DNA from: Bacteriovoracia bacterium
GTDB lineage: Bacteria; Bdellovibrionota; UBA1018; CAIPTA01
DNA length: 64,000 bases
Direction of reading: 5' to 3'
NCBI GenBank assembly: GCA_050246755.1
Contig: JBFWVL010000002.1
Location: 224,001 to 288,000 of the forward strand
Both the position numbers and the translations under genes were made by a program. Every line of letters starts with the position of its first letter. Positions within the stretch are counted from its first letter, which is position 1. The notes under the pieces were generated by a model that was not told the DNA's origin, did not search any database, and worked only from the letters and a program-made list of their open reading frames with translations. Below, piece after piece: positions 27,699-38,049 of the stretch.

Positions 27699-29009
27699 AT
27701 GGAAAAACCCGCCCTAAAACGAAACATCGGATTACTAGCGCTCACGCTCTACGGCGTGGGCGATATCCTCGGCTCCGGCATCTACGGGCTCGTGGGCAAA
27801 GCCGCGGGCCAAATGGGTTCCGCCGTATGGCTCGCGTTTTTCATTAGCATGATCGCCGCCGGCCTCACGGGGCTTTCCTACGCCAGCCTCGGCTCGCGTT
27901 ATCCCCGCGCCGGTGGGGCCGCGTACTCCACGTATCGCGCTTTCAATAAAGCATTCCTCTCCTACATGGTGGGCTTAGCCGTATTGGCTTCCGGTCTCAC
28001 TTCGATGGCCACGGCGGCGCGGGTATTCGCCGGCTATTTCGTCGGTCTCGGCGTGAACTTGCCTTTGCCGATGGTGGCCGTGCTGTTTTCACTCGTGGTG
28101 GCCGCCGTAGTTTTTTGGGGCATCAAGGAGTCACTGGCGGCTAACGGGGTTTGCACTTTGATCGAACTGAGCGGTTTGCTCATCGTGCTGGTAGTGGGCG
28201 CGCGTTATATTGGCTCGGTAAACTATCTCGACGCCACCACCGCCGCTAATCCCGAAGGCAATATCAGCCTTTCGTTGATGCTCACCGGCGCGGTGCTCAC
28301 CTTCTATTCCTTCGTGGGCTTTGAAGACATGCTCAACGTGGCGGAAGAAGTGAAGGACCCGAAAAAGACTTTGCCACGCGGCTTGCTGCTGGCGGTGGTG
28401 ATTTCCTCGCTGGTTTATATCGGCGTGAGCATCGTGGCGGTATCGGTGATTCCCGCGGCGGAATTATCGCAGTCGAACCGCCCGCTGGTAGACGTGGTGG
28501 TGCGGGCCGCCCCTTGGTTCCCGGCTTCCCTCTTTGCGATCATTGCGATGTTCGCGGTGGCCAATACGGCGCTCCTGAATTTTGTGATGGGCTCGAGGCT
28601 GCTCTATGGGATGGCACGCCAGGGGCTAGTGCCAAAAGTTTTAGGAAAAGTTCACACGAATCGCCAGACGCCCCATATGGCGGTGATCGCGGTTTGGTGC
28701 TTGTTTCTTGTTCTGATTTTGAGCGGCGATATTTCTTCCCTCGCGAAATCCACCAGCGTTCTGCTCCTGAGCTGTTTCGTGATCGTGAACGTGGCGCTGA
28801 TCGTATTACAGCGAAAAGAAAAAATGGAAGGTACCTTCGAGGTGCCGGCAATCGTACCGGCTCTCGGCGCCATCGTGTGCCTGGCGATTCTGGCGAAGGC
28901 GAAGGCGGCGGAACTGCTCACGGCGGGATCTATTCTGGCAGTGGTTGCCGCGCTGTACTTCGTGATGCGCCCCAAGGCCCAGGCGATCGAAAATATGGAC
29001 GATGCTTAA
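27699..29009 (+). CDS. APC-family amino acid permease
   Basis: GVGDILGSGIY, P.AGG, FYSFVGFED, EEVKDP motifs; about 12 TM. Confidence 0.92.
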   Translation: MEKPALKRNIGLLALTLYGVGDILGSGIYGLVGKAAGQMGSAVWLAFFISMIAAGLTGLSYASLGSRYPRAGGAAYSTYRAFNKAFLSYMVGLAVLASGLTSMATAARVFAGYFVGLGVNLPLPMVAVLFSLVVAAVVFWGIKESLAANGVCTLIELSGLLIVLVVGARYIGSVNYLDATTAANPEGNISLSLMLTGAVLTFYSFVGFEDMLNVAEEVKDPKKTLPRGLLLAVVISSLVYIGVSIVAVSVIPAAELSQSNRPLVDVVVRAAPWFPASLFAIIAMFAVANTALLNFVMGSRLLYGMARQGLVPKVLGKVHTNRQTPHMAVIAVWCLFLVLILSGDISSLAKSTSVLLLSCFVIVNVALIVLQRKEKMEGTFEVPAIVPALGAIVCLAILAKAKAAELLTAGSILAVVAALYFVMRPKAQAIENMDDA

Positions 29010-29187
29010 GAAGATCCTAAATTACTTCCGCGAGCCCGTGCGCGTGGCTTATATTAGCGACGATCGCTACGCCATGCCGCTCACGGTTTCCCTGCGTTCC
29101 CTGATCGAGAGCAAAAGTAATCGCTTCTACGTTTGCCGAATGGCTAAAGCGCACGAAGTGGGAAATGCCGGCTCACCTCAGGTTTGA
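29002..29187 (+). pseudogene. N-terminal stub of a family 8 glycosyltransferase
   Basis: VAYISDDRYAMPLTVSLRSLIE matches the GT8 N-terminus; ORF ends at 61 aa. Confidence 0.5.
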
Positions 29188-29207
29188 GGCTTAGTTCGAC
29201 CTGTGGA

Positions 29208-30929
29208 TTATCTCCCCAGCACGGCCCCTAGATCCCGTGGATCGGCGGCGCCCCTAAGCACATTCCCTTCCCGCACCACCGCCTCCACGCGGCAGGATAC
29301 GGCATCATCGCCTAGGTTTAGCGTATAACCCTTGGCGCGCAGCTGGCTCAGCGTCTTTTCGCCGGGTCCCGGCAGATCGATGTCAATACGGTCCGGCATC
29401 CACTGGTGGTGGAAGCGGGGCACGGCCACGGCCTCGTAGATGGGCAGCTTATATTCCAGGTAATTCAGGATGGTTTGCGCCACGCAGGTGAGGATGCGGG
29501 TACCGCCGGGTGCGCCTACCGTCATGATTGGAATCCCGTCCTTGAGCACGATGGTGGGGCTCATGCTGCTGAGGGGAGTTTTCTGTGGGGCGATCGCGTT
29601 TGCTTCGCCGCCGAGCGCGCCGAAGGCATTGGCCACGCCGGGTTTTGCGGAAAAATCATCCATCTCATCGTTGAGCAAGATCCCGCTTTTCCCCGCTACC
29701 AGGGAGGAACCAAAATAGAGATTGATCGTTTGGGTAGAGGCCACGCTATTGCCTTCTTTGTCCATGATCGAGAAATGCGTGGTTTCGAAAGATTCTTGGC
29801 GAGGGCCGAGGCCCGGCTTGATGCTAGAGGAGGAATTGGCCCGGTCTCCGATCTTGGTGCGGAGGGTAGCCGCGTAGGATTTGCTGATGAGTCTCTCCGC
29901 GGGAACTTTTACGAAGTCGGGATCTCCGGGGTATTCGGAGCGGTCGGCGAAGGCGAGCTGCATGGCCGCGGCGGTGCGATGAATGCTCTCGGCGGAAAGG
30001 ACGCCGAGCTTTTTTAGATCGTCCTGCTCGAGGATATTTAGGATCTCGAGCACGTGGATCCCGCCCGAGCTCGGGGGAGGCATGGCGAGGAGTTCATAGC
30101 CTTTATAGCTGCCGCGTAGGGGTTCCCGCCACTTTACCTGATAGGCGTCGAAATCTTTTTGTTGGAGGAGGCCGCCGCGGTGCTTGGATTCGGCCAGAAT
30201 TTCCTGGGTGATTTTTCCGTTATAGAAAGCTTTTTTTCCTTCGGCCGCAATGAGGCGGAGGGATTGGGCCAAATTTTTTTGCACCAGCTTTTCGCCCACT
30301 CGGTAGGGAGAGCCGTCCTTCTTTAGGAAGATGGCGGCGGAAGTGGGGAATTGGGCTAGCACCTCTTTCTTCTGCTGGAGAGATTTGGCAAGGCCGGGAT
30401 ACACCTCGAGGCCATTCTCGGCTAGGTCAATTGCGGGAGCGACCACCTCGGACAATTTCAATTTTCCGAATTTTTGGTGGATCTCGGTGAGGCCGGCCAC
30501 GAGCCCGGGAACGGCCACGGAGAGGATGCCGTCGGTGGAAAGGTTGGGGATCACGCTGCCATCTTTCCCGAGGAACATATTCCGCGTGGCGCGGAGCGGG
30601 GCACGCTCGCGAAAGTCTACGGCGTAGGTTTTGCCGGTTTTCGCTTCGTGGAAGAGCAGGAATCCGCCGCCGCCGATGCCGGTGGACTGAGGGCGCTCCA
30701 CCGAGATCACGAAGGAGGCCGCGATCGCGGCATCGATGATATTTCCACCTTTGTCGAACATCCGCTGCGCGGCTAAGGCAGCCATTTTTCCCTGGGCCGA
30801 TACCAAAAAGTTTTCGGCGCTGCCTTCATAGAGGGCGCGGTCGGATGAGCTTTGCTCTACCACCAGGGGCAAAGTTTGAGCCGAGCTGCAGGAAAAGAGA
30901 AGCAGGAACAGAAGCGAAAATGGTTTCAT
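29208..30929 (-). CDS. ggt: Gamma-glutamyltransferase
   Basis: GIGGGGF, DFRERAP, autocleavage ETTHFS, LNDEMDDF, PLSSMSP, GAPGG, DPR. Confidence 0.96.
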   Translation of the reverse strand: MKPFSLLFLLLFSCSSAQTLPLVVEQSSSDRALYEGSAENFLVSAQGKMAALAAQRMFDKGGNIIDAAIAASFVISVERPQSTGIGGGGFLLFHEAKTGKTYAVDFRERAPLRATRNMFLGKDGSVIPNLSTDGILSVAVPGLVAGLTEIHQKFGKLKLSEVVAPAIDLAENGLEVYPGLAKSLQQKKEVLAQFPTSAAIFLKKDGSPYRVGEKLVQKNLAQSLRLIAAEGKKAFYNGKITQEILAESKHRGGLLQQKDFDAYQVKWREPLRGSYKGYELLAMPPPSSGGIHVLEILNILEQDDLKKLGVLSAESIHRTAAAMQLAFADRSEYPGDPDFVKVPAERLISKSYAATLRTKIGDRANSSSSIKPGLGPRQESFETTHFSIMDKEGNSVASTQTINLYFGSSLVAGKSGILLNDEMDDFSAKPGVANAFGALGGEANAIAPQKTPLSSMSPTIVLKDGIPIMTVGAPGGTRILTCVAQTILNYLEYKLPIYEAVAVPRFHHQWMPDRIDIDLPGPGEKTLSQLRAKGYTLNLGDDAVSCRVEAVVREGNVLRGAADPRDLGAVLGR

Positions 30930-31122
30930 AGAAATAATCTACCAGGAGAATCTATTACTGATATATAAATAAATAATATTTTGTCAAAAAAATGCCGTTT
31001 CTCGACTAAAACTCTCGGCTCCACTGATAAATTCTTGCACCGTAGCAAACCCCACGACTTTGATGCCGCAGTTGGAGATAATGAAAGTGACCCGACCTTA
31101 ACAGGATGTTTAGGAAGAGGAG

Positions 31123-31893
31123 TTGACCATGGATTCGGTCTTCGCAGGGCGCTGGATGGCGCGTGTAGTAGTGGGCTTTGGATTTATTCTCTTTACGGCG
31201 TGCGGGCCGCTCGCGGAGCAGCCGGTGACCGAGGGTGATACGAAAAACCCGGGGACGAAAACGCCGGGCACTACGCCCGGTACGCCTCCGGCCGACGTGC
31301 CGGAAAGCCCGGTGGCCCTGGTGGCCGCGCTCTGGGAAAAACCTCATCCCGATGATGGGCCGGATTGGACGAGTTACGCCTTCGAGGTGGTTCGTGACTA
31401 CGGCGCGAACCTGATCGCCGGCACCAGCGACACGAAAGATTTCTGCCCGGCGTATTCCACGCTCAATAAAGACCAAAAAATTTCTTTTTGGGTATACCTC
31501 GTTTCGGCGATGACGAAGTACGAGAGCGGCTTCGATCCCACCAACCGGTATAAGGAATCGACGATGGGTACGGATCCGGTCACGAAACAGCCCGTCTATA
31601 GCGAGGGATTACTCCAGCTTTCCTACCAGGACTCTCGTAACTATTCTTTCTGCAATCAGTTCGATTGGGAGAAGGACAAGCTGCTTTCTCCCAGGGATCC
31701 GCGGAAGACGATCCTGGATCCCTATAAGAATCTAAATTGCGGGATCCGGATCCTGAATCAGATCGTGGGTAGCCACAAGGCCATTGCGTTCGGGAGTGGT
31801 CACTACTGGGCGGTGCTGAAGAGCTCGAGCTCCCACCACCGGATCAAAGAGATTCAGGCGCTCACGAACCAGATTTTATTCTGCCGGAAGTGA
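31123..31893 (+). CDS. Lipoprotein with SLT-like lytic transglycosylase domain
   Basis: Lipobox FTAC; KYESGFDP...SEGLLQLSY...DPYKNLNCG...YWAVL; true start may be slightly downstream. Confidence 0.75.
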   Translation: MTMDSVFAGRWMARVVVGFGFILFTACGPLAEQPVTEGDTKNPGTKTPGTTPGTPPADVPESPVALVAALWEKPHPDDGPDWTSYAFEVVRDYGANLIAGTSDTKDFCPAYSTLNKDQKISFWVYLVSAMTKYESGFDPTNRYKESTMGTDPVTKQPVYSEGLLQLSYQDSRNYSFCNQFDWEKDKLLSPRDPRKTILDPYKNLNCGIRILNQIVGSHKAIAFGSGHYWAVLKSSSSHHRIKEIQALTNQILFCRK

Positions 31894-32493
31894 AGAGGTT
31901 GCGGCGGGAGCCGCAACGGGCGCCCGGTATTCGGCGATCAGGTAGGTGATTCCTAGCAAAGCTACCGAGACTAAAATCGGTTCCCAGCCCTTATTGCGCA
32001 GCCAAAGGCGGCGATTGAACACGATGCCTTCGCGGGGCTCGCGGCGGGGGAGCAGTTCCTGGATAAAAAGCATGGGAGAGAAGAAGCGAGGGACCCGCGC
32101 CATATAAGATGGGTAGTCTGCGAACTTTTCCTTCAGCACTTTTTCTTCCTCGCGGATGATCGCGATATGGATCAGCCAGGTGGCCACCAGGATCACGAAG
32201 CTAAGCAGCCAGAGCTCTTGGGAAAGCGGAATCGCCACGCCGATAAGAATACTGCCGAGGTAGAGCGGGTTACGGGAAAAATGATAGGGACCGTTGAAGG
32301 CGAGTTTGCTTTCTTTGTCGAGGCAGCCCGAGGCCCATACGCGCAGGATGGTGCCGAAGGCCAAAACTAATATCCCAAAGAGCTGGGGATGCTGGCGCAC
32401 GGTTCCCAAAACGATGGGTAGGAGGATCCAGGAAAGCCACACGCGGAGTTTTCCGCGGAGCTCTCTTCGGTAAAATTCACTAAGCTTGCTCAT
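31876..32493 (-). CDS. Isoprenylcysteine carboxyl methyltransferase-family membrane protein
   Basis: GPYHFSRNPLYLG...EEKVL..F..Y..YMARVPRF. Confidence 0.88.
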   Translation of the reverse strand: MSKLSEFYRRELRGKLRVWLSWILLPIVLGTVRQHPQLFGILVLAFGTILRVWASGCLDKESKLAFNGPYHFSRNPLYLGSILIGVAIPLSQELWLLSFVILVATWLIHIAIIREEEKVLKEKFADYPSYMARVPRFFSPMLFIQELLPRREPREGIVFNRRLWLRNKGWEPILVSVALLGITYLIAEYRAPVAAPAATSSLPAE

Positions 32494-32566
32494 AAGGTGG
32501 GCAAATCCTACCGAACCAGTTCGCGGAAGGGAAGAATTTCCTCGCGGCCTCATTGCGCAAGGCGTC

Positions 32567-33007
32567 CTAAGGTCGGAGCATTTCGGCGTGGGGGATATCG
32601 TCTTCGAGGTAATTTTCGCCCGCGCGCACGAAGCCGAAACTCGCGTAAAATTTTTCCAGATAGGCCTGCGCTGAAATCCGAACGGGAACTTTCCCCCAAA
32701 GCTCTTCTATTTTTTTGATTGCTTCGGCGGTTTGCGTGCGCCCCATGCCTGTGCCCCGGACTGAAGCCGCCGTCACCACGCGGCCGAGCGAAGGTTCTGG
32801 GTACTTGAGGCCGGGAGGAAGGATGCGTAGGTACGCTACCAGGGCATTTTTTTCGCGGCCTAGTAAATGCCAGGATTCCTGGTCGAGCCCATCGCAGTCC
32901 AGGTAAGGGCAGTTCTGTTCCACGATAAATACTTGCTGGCGGAGCGCCAGGATCTCGTAGAGCTCTTGGGCACTAAGCTCGTTAAATTTCTTCCACTGCC
33001 ACTTCAT
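32567..33007 (-). CDS. elaA: ElaA-family GNAT acetyltransferase
   Basis: F.ELS..ELYEILALRQQVFIVEQNCPYLDCDGLD...GRVVT...SAQAYLEKFY...YLEDDIPH. Confidence 0.9.
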   Translation of the reverse strand: MKWQWKKFNELSAQELYEILALRQQVFIVEQNCPYLDCDGLDQESWHLLGREKNALVAYLRILPPGLKYPEPSLGRVVTAASVRGTGMGRTQTAEAIKKIEELWGKVPVRISAQAYLEKFYASFGFVRAGENYLEDDIPHAEMLRP

Positions 33008-33085
33008 AAAGAACCTTTCCGAAAATCCAGTATAGCGTGCGAAAAAGTATTTTACACTTCGGGGAAGATGGGCCACCACTGAGGG

Positions 33086-33466
33086 ATGCCCGTCGACCAA
33101 GACCGACCTTCCACCTGGATTAGCTATAAGGCGCAGTTTTGCGCCAGTTGCCAGGCCACCTGCTGCACGATGCCGGTGGAGGTAAGGGTGGAAGATCTAG
33201 TGCGCATGGGCGTGGTTTCGGAAGACGAAGCCCAGGGTTCACTGAAAAAAGTGGCGCGGAGGCTTCAGGCCGAAGGCTTGGTAAAGAACTACCGCACCTC
33301 CACGGGCCTTTTCCTGCTGGAGCAAAAAAACGGCCGCGATTGCGTATTTCTCGGAGCCGATCGCCGATGCACGGTTTACGAAAATCGCCCGGGGGTTTGC
33401 CGCGGCTTTCCCGTGGTGCTCGGGCCCCGGGTGGGCTTTTGCCCTTACCGCCCGAAGCGGCCCTGA
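33086..33466 (+). CDS. YkgJ-family cysteine-cluster protein
   Basis: CASCQATCC...CVFL...CTVYENRPGVCR. Confidence 0.88.
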   Translation: MPVDQDRPSTWISYKAQFCASCQATCCTMPVEVRVEDLVRMGVVSEDEAQGSLKKVARRLQAEGLVKNYRTSTGLFLLEQKNGRDCVFLGADRRCTVYENRPGVCRGFPVVLGPRVGFCPYRPKRP

Positions 33467-34308
33467 AAGTTTCCGTTTTTATAAAAGGCGGTGAGCAGGG
33501 CATCTTTTTGCCGGTAGAGCTCGTTCACCCAGAGGCCGCGGCCCGCGTCGTCGGGAGGTAAAGCGGCCATGGAGAAGCGGCGCACGTGCACGTGAATCCG
33601 CAAGGTGGCGCAAAATAATTCCTTCAAGTTCGGCGCGGGGCCTTCGTAGGCGATGGTGCAATCGTAGAGCGCGTCCACTTTTCCCTCGAGCCCGCGCAGG
33701 GTGGCCTCGAAGCCCTTCGTTCTCGGCAGCAATAAATGCTGGAGCGGGGGCATCCCCTGGCGCTTGGCGTAGGCTTGGCTCTTGGCCAGTTTTGCCGGCC
33801 GGATGCGCGTGCCTTCGAGAAAAGAGACCACCCAGAAGGGAAAACTGCTCTCCCGGAGCCGCGCGAAGGTGGCGAGCACCTTCGCCTTATCGGCGGCCCA
33901 ATTTCGTTTCACGAATACGCAATCGAGGAAGAGCATGCCCCAGCCGATTCCGGGCACCCACTTAAGCGGATCCTTCACGAACCACTTTAGGTCTTGCTGC
34001 CGGCCTTGGCGCCGGGCTACGGCCACGACCACCGGGATATCGGCCATCGCCTGGTGGTTGGCCACGAGAAAAATATTTTCTTCGCCCGAAAGGGCATCGC
34101 CGCTTTGCAAAATTTCCACACCGAGCACCGATTGCAGCGTGAAATCCAAAAAGGCAAACCAGCTGCCGCAGGCAAAGCGGTTGATTTGCTTGGCCAGCCA
34201 GGCGCTGAAGGGCCAGGCCAGCAGCGAGAGGCATTGCACCAGATTGCAGAGCAGGAGCGCGAGGCCTAAGAGCAGGGCGAATAGGAGGGCGAGGGGGATA
34301 CGCAGCAT
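33445..34308 (-). CDS. Lysophospholipid/1-acylglycerol-3-phosphate acyltransferase
   Basis: NHQAMAD (HX4D), FVKR, FLEGTR, LLPRTKGF. Confidence 0.9.
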   Translation of the reverse strand: MLRIPLALLFALLLGLALLLCNLVQCLSLLAWPFSAWLAKQINRFACGSWFAFLDFTLQSVLGVEILQSGDALSGEENIFLVANHQAMADIPVVVAVARRQGRQQDLKWFVKDPLKWVPGIGWGMLFLDCVFVKRNWAADKAKVLATFARLRESSFPFWVVSFLEGTRIRPAKLAKSQAYAKRQGMPPLQHLLLPRTKGFEATLRGLEGKVDALYDCTIAYEGPAPNLKELFCATLRIHVHVRRFSMAALPPDDAGRGLWVNELYRQKDALLTAFYKNGNFQGRFGR

Positions 34309-34389
34309 GGCCGCAAGCTTAACGGATCGATTCAGTGCGCGCAAATCGAAGGCCTGTATTTGTGCGGCCCCAGCGTTTATACTCCCCGG

Positions 34390-35889
34390 ATGCGCGTAGC
34401 GATCATCGACCTTGGCACGAATTCCGTCCGTTTCGACATTCACTCCATCAGTGAAAGCGGAAAAACCAAGCTCCTCCACCGGGAGAAGCAAATGATCCGG
34501 CTGGGGCAGGGCGTGTTCCTCAAAGGAAAAATGGACCCCGATGCCATCCGCCGCGCCCTGCTTGCCTTCGATCACTTTCGCCGCGTGGCGGGTAATCTCC
34601 GCTGCCGCAAAGTGGTGGCCTTCGGCACGAGTGCCCTGCGCGAAGCCCAGGATTCGGCGCAGCTATTGGAGCAGGTGAGTGCCCGCACCGGCATCGACCT
34701 GCGCGTGATTTCCGGCAAAGAAGAAGCGAATTTGATCGCCCTCGGCGTGCTGGCCAACGAAAAGCTTCCGAGCGGCACCTTCGCCCTCGTGGATATCGGA
34801 GGGGGCTCCACCGAAGTGTCTCTCTGCCGCGGAAGCCAGGTTCGCTTTGGTGATAGTTTTCCGCTCGGCACTGCCCGCTTGCAGCAGGTTTTTTTGCGCC
34901 GAAGCCCGCCTAAGGCGCCCGCCGTGCAACAGCTGCGCGCGTATATCCAAAACATCCTGAAGGAAAAAATCAACGGCGAGGGCTGGCCGAAGGTATCGCA
35001 GATCCTCGCTTCGAGCGGCACGGCCAAGGCGATCGCGAAATTGCTCGGCCGCAAGGGCAAGGATGGTTTTTCCTTAGCCGAACTATCAGAGCTCGTGGCC
35101 ATCCTTTCCCGCAAAACCACCACCGAGCTATTGGATATTCCCGAAATGGAACCCAAGCGGGTAGACATGATCCTGGCCGGCGCCTTGCTCCTCGAGGAAA
35201 CCGCCTTGGCGCTCGGCGCGCGTAAAATCCTGCTCAGCGATTTTTCGCTGCGCGACGGCATCATCGAGGAAGAACGGCGGCTCGCCCGCGCGCACAAAAC
35301 CTCCCTGCTGGAGTTGCACCTCGACGAATTGATCGCCCGCGCCGTTTCCTTTGGGGGCCACGAAGCGCATATGCGCCACCTCGCGAAACTGGCCGAAGAG
35401 CTGTTCAATCGCCTGCAAAAAATCCACCGTCTCGAGCGGCGCTGGAAGGTATACCTGCTCGCGGCCGTGATTTTCCGCAATTGCGGCGAGCTCGTGGGAT
35501 TCGTGGGGAAAGAAAAACACGCCCACTATATCGTGAAGAACCTCGATATCCAGGCCATGGAAGCCTGGGAGCATGGTTTCATCGCGGACCTCTGTCTCCA
35601 CCAGAGCGGCGGAAAGATCAGCCAAAAAGACCTCAACGGCATCGCGAAAGAGCGCCGCGCGCCCTTCCGGAAGCTGCTCGGGCTGCTCCGTCTCGTGGTG
35701 GCGGTGGATCTCGGGCATAATACCACGCTGCACCTGAAGTCGGTGCGGGTCACCGGCACCGCCGTGAAGCTTATTTTCAGCGGAAAGGCGGCGGCCGGCC
35801 TGGAGCAGCTCCTGATCGACCGGAAAAAGAAATTATTCGAAGATGAATTCGGCCGTCAGCTCTTGCTGGAAGGCTTGAGAAAGCGCTGA
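34390..35889 (+). CDS. ppx: Exopolyphosphatase Ppx/GppA
   Basis: IDLGTNS, TSALREA, ISGKEEA, DIGGGSTE, LRDG. Confidence 0.92.
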   Translation: MRVAIIDLGTNSVRFDIHSISESGKTKLLHREKQMIRLGQGVFLKGKMDPDAIRRALLAFDHFRRVAGNLRCRKVVAFGTSALREAQDSAQLLEQVSARTGIDLRVISGKEEANLIALGVLANEKLPSGTFALVDIGGGSTEVSLCRGSQVRFGDSFPLGTARLQQVFLRRSPPKAPAVQQLRAYIQNILKEKINGEGWPKVSQILASSGTAKAIAKLLGRKGKDGFSLAELSELVAILSRKTTTELLDIPEMEPKRVDMILAGALLLEETALALGARKILLSDFSLRDGIIEEERRLARAHKTSLLELHLDELIARAVSFGGHEAHMRHLAKLAEELFNRLQKIHRLERRWKVYLLAAVIFRNCGELVGFVGKEKHAHYIVKNLDIQAMEAWEHGFIADLCLHQSGGKISQKDLNGIAKERRAPFRKLLGLLRLVVAVDLGHNTTLHLKSVRVTGTAVKLIFSGKAAAGLEQLLIDRKKKLFEDEFGRQLLLEGLRKR

Positions 35890-37982
35890 TCGCGCAGCGG
35901 GGTTTGCGCGTAGCTTTTAATGGCCAGCTCCTCAAAATACCACTGTGCGCGATGCAGCTGGTCCTTTTTGGGAACCTTCGCCCATACGCCGCGAGAAGTG
36001 AGGCGCCGTGCCCTCACGTTGTCCTTTAAATATCCCGGGATCACGAAATCAGTGATGAAGGAAAAAATCCTCGGGTCGAGCACGGGGAAAGCGATTTCGA
36101 GCCGAGAAAAGAAATTTCTCGGCATCCAATCGGCGCTCGATAGGTACATCGCGTGCGACTGTTCGAAATAATAAATGCGGCTATGTTCGAGGAAGCGATC
36201 CACGATCGAGATCACGCGGATATTTTCGGAAAGGCCTTTTACGCCCGGAATCAGGGAGCAGGCTCCGCGCACGATGAGGTCCACCGACACGCCGGCCTGG
36301 GAGGCTAGGTAGAGATCCTCGATGATTTTCTCGTCCACGAGGGCGTTCACCTTGGCCACGATCCGGCCTTTTTTCCCCGCCTTCGCCGCCTCCGTTTCCG
36401 ACTTTATGAGCGCTCGCATTTTTTGGTGGAGCTTGGCCGGCGCGGTCACCAGGTGTTTGAACCCGGTAGGCACGTCTTTGCGAAAAACGGCGTCGAAGAA
36501 ATAACGGGCGTCTTCGCCGATCTCGGGATGCGCCGTGAGGATGGAAATATCGGTGTATTGCCGTGCGGTGCGGGCGGAATAATTGCCGGTGGAGAGGTGA
36601 GTATAGCGCACCACCTTATCGCCATGTCTGCGCGTAACGAGGGTTACCTTCGCGTGGAGCTTGAGCAGGCCGAAGCCAAACCTTACTTCGGCGCCGGCCT
36701 TGGCCAGTTCTTCGGCAATGCGCAGGTTATTGGATTCGTCGAAACGCGCCCGCAGCTCCAGGATCACACGCACTTTTTTCTTGGGCGCGGCTAGCTTAAG
36801 CAGGCCCACGATCTCGGAGACGGAATCGGTGCGGTAGATCGTTTGTTCGATCATGGTCACATGCGGATCCTCGCACGCGAGGCGCAGCCAAGAGAGGAAG
36901 GCCTCGAAGGAATCGTAGGGATGGTGGAGCATGAAATCGGCTTGGTCGATGGTCTCGAAAATTTTCGCCGGGGTTTTGAAGAGGGTCGGCAGCTTGGCGC
37001 GCAGCGGAGGGTTGGAATAGCCGGGTCTTTCGGAAATTTTTTCCGGCAGATTATTCACGAAGGAGAGTAAGCCGTGCAGGCAGAGCGTGGCCGGGGCGCG
37101 GAAGATCTGCCGCAGGTCCAGCTTGAGGTGGTCGGCTAGCTCGGGAAGGAAGTCCTTGGGGAAGTTTCCGCTGTGCTGAAGGCGCACGGATCTCCCTTTA
37201 TCGCGCGAGCCGATACTTTTGCGTACGAGGTCGGGAATGGATTCGGTGTCTCCATCCGGGATCTCGATCGTGAAGTCGGCATCGCGGGTGATTCGTAAAA
37301 TGCCGGGTTTTTCTTTGATGGGCAGCATCCGGTCGAGATGGGATTCCAGCAGTGCATCGAGAAAAAATACCTCGAGCTCGCCGCTGGCCGTATTTTGTTC
37401 CCAGAAGAGGGGAGGGAGGGAGCGGGGAACTTCGAAGTACAGATCCTTGTTCAGGTAAACGAGCAGCTGCGTGTTCTCTAGCTCGTTCACGGCGTGGAAG
37501 GTGAAGCCGGATTTCATGATGAGCTGGGGAAGGATTTTTTCTTCGAAGATCTTCGCGCCTAGCGCGAAGGCCGGGTGGTCGGTGGCGAGCCGTAGGTGCA
37601 GATTGATTTTTTCCAGCGCGCTTTCTTTACGCAAGGCTTCGAAAGCGCGCTGCTGGCGCTCCACGAAGGTGCGCACGCTTTCGAGCACGGTGCCATGCAC
37701 GCGTGCGAGATTCAGGCGGTTTTCCTCTATTTTCATCGCGGCTAATGAGCGCAGCAGGGAAGAGAACCGGATCATGAAAAATTCGTCGAGGTTCGAGGAG
37801 CAGATGGCGAGAAATTTTAGGCGCTTTAGCAGCGGGTTCGAACTCGAGCGGGCTTCCGCGAGCACCCGATCATTGAATTGGATCCAGCTGAGATCGCGGT
37901 GAATGAACGGCTTGGCCGGATCCAGCAGAAGGTAGGATAGGGTAGGTAACTTCGCTTCGCGAGGTACCGCTGTTTCACTCAT
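35856..37982 (-). CDS. ppk1: Polyphosphate kinase 1
   Basis: RDLSWIQFNDRVL, SNLDEFF, HHPYDSF, ELRARFDE, KLHAK, TGNY, SSADWMPRN. Confidence 0.96.
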   Translation of the reverse strand: MSETAVPREAKLPTLSYLLLDPAKPFIHRDLSWIQFNDRVLAEARSSSNPLLKRLKFLAICSSNLDEFFMIRFSSLLRSLAAMKIEENRLNLARVHGTVLESVRTFVERQQRAFEALRKESALEKINLHLRLATDHPAFALGAKIFEEKILPQLIMKSGFTFHAVNELENTQLLVYLNKDLYFEVPRSLPPLFWEQNTASGELEVFFLDALLESHLDRMLPIKEKPGILRITRDADFTIEIPDGDTESIPDLVRKSIGSRDKGRSVRLQHSGNFPKDFLPELADHLKLDLRQIFRAPATLCLHGLLSFVNNLPEKISERPGYSNPPLRAKLPTLFKTPAKIFETIDQADFMLHHPYDSFEAFLSWLRLACEDPHVTMIEQTIYRTDSVSEIVGLLKLAAPKKKVRVILELRARFDESNNLRIAEELAKAGAEVRFGFGLLKLHAKVTLVTRRHGDKVVRYTHLSTGNYSARTARQYTDISILTAHPEIGEDARYFFDAVFRKDVPTGFKHLVTAPAKLHQKMRALIKSETEAAKAGKKGRIVAKVNALVDEKIIEDLYLASQAGVSVDLIVRGACSLIPGVKGLSENIRVISIVDRFLEHSRIYYFEQSHAMYLSSADWMPRNFFSRLEIAFPVLDPRIFSFITDFVIPGYLKDNVRARRLTSRGVWAKVPKKDQLHRAQWYFEELAIKSYAQTPLRDQRFLKPSSKS

Positions 37983-38049
37983 ACGTTTTGGAGCTCCAAA
38001 CCCTAAGAATAGTCAATCCGGGCGCGGGGCGCCATGGTTTTCGGCCTGT

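Noticed and set aside
31245-31290. Short PGT repeats in the SLT lipoprotein
   Set aside because: Ordinary Pro/Thr-rich lipoprotein linker.
35856-35889. 34-bp convergent overlap of ppx and ppk1 as antisense regulation
   Set aside because: Short convergent overlaps are common throughout this compact window; nothing specific supports regulation.
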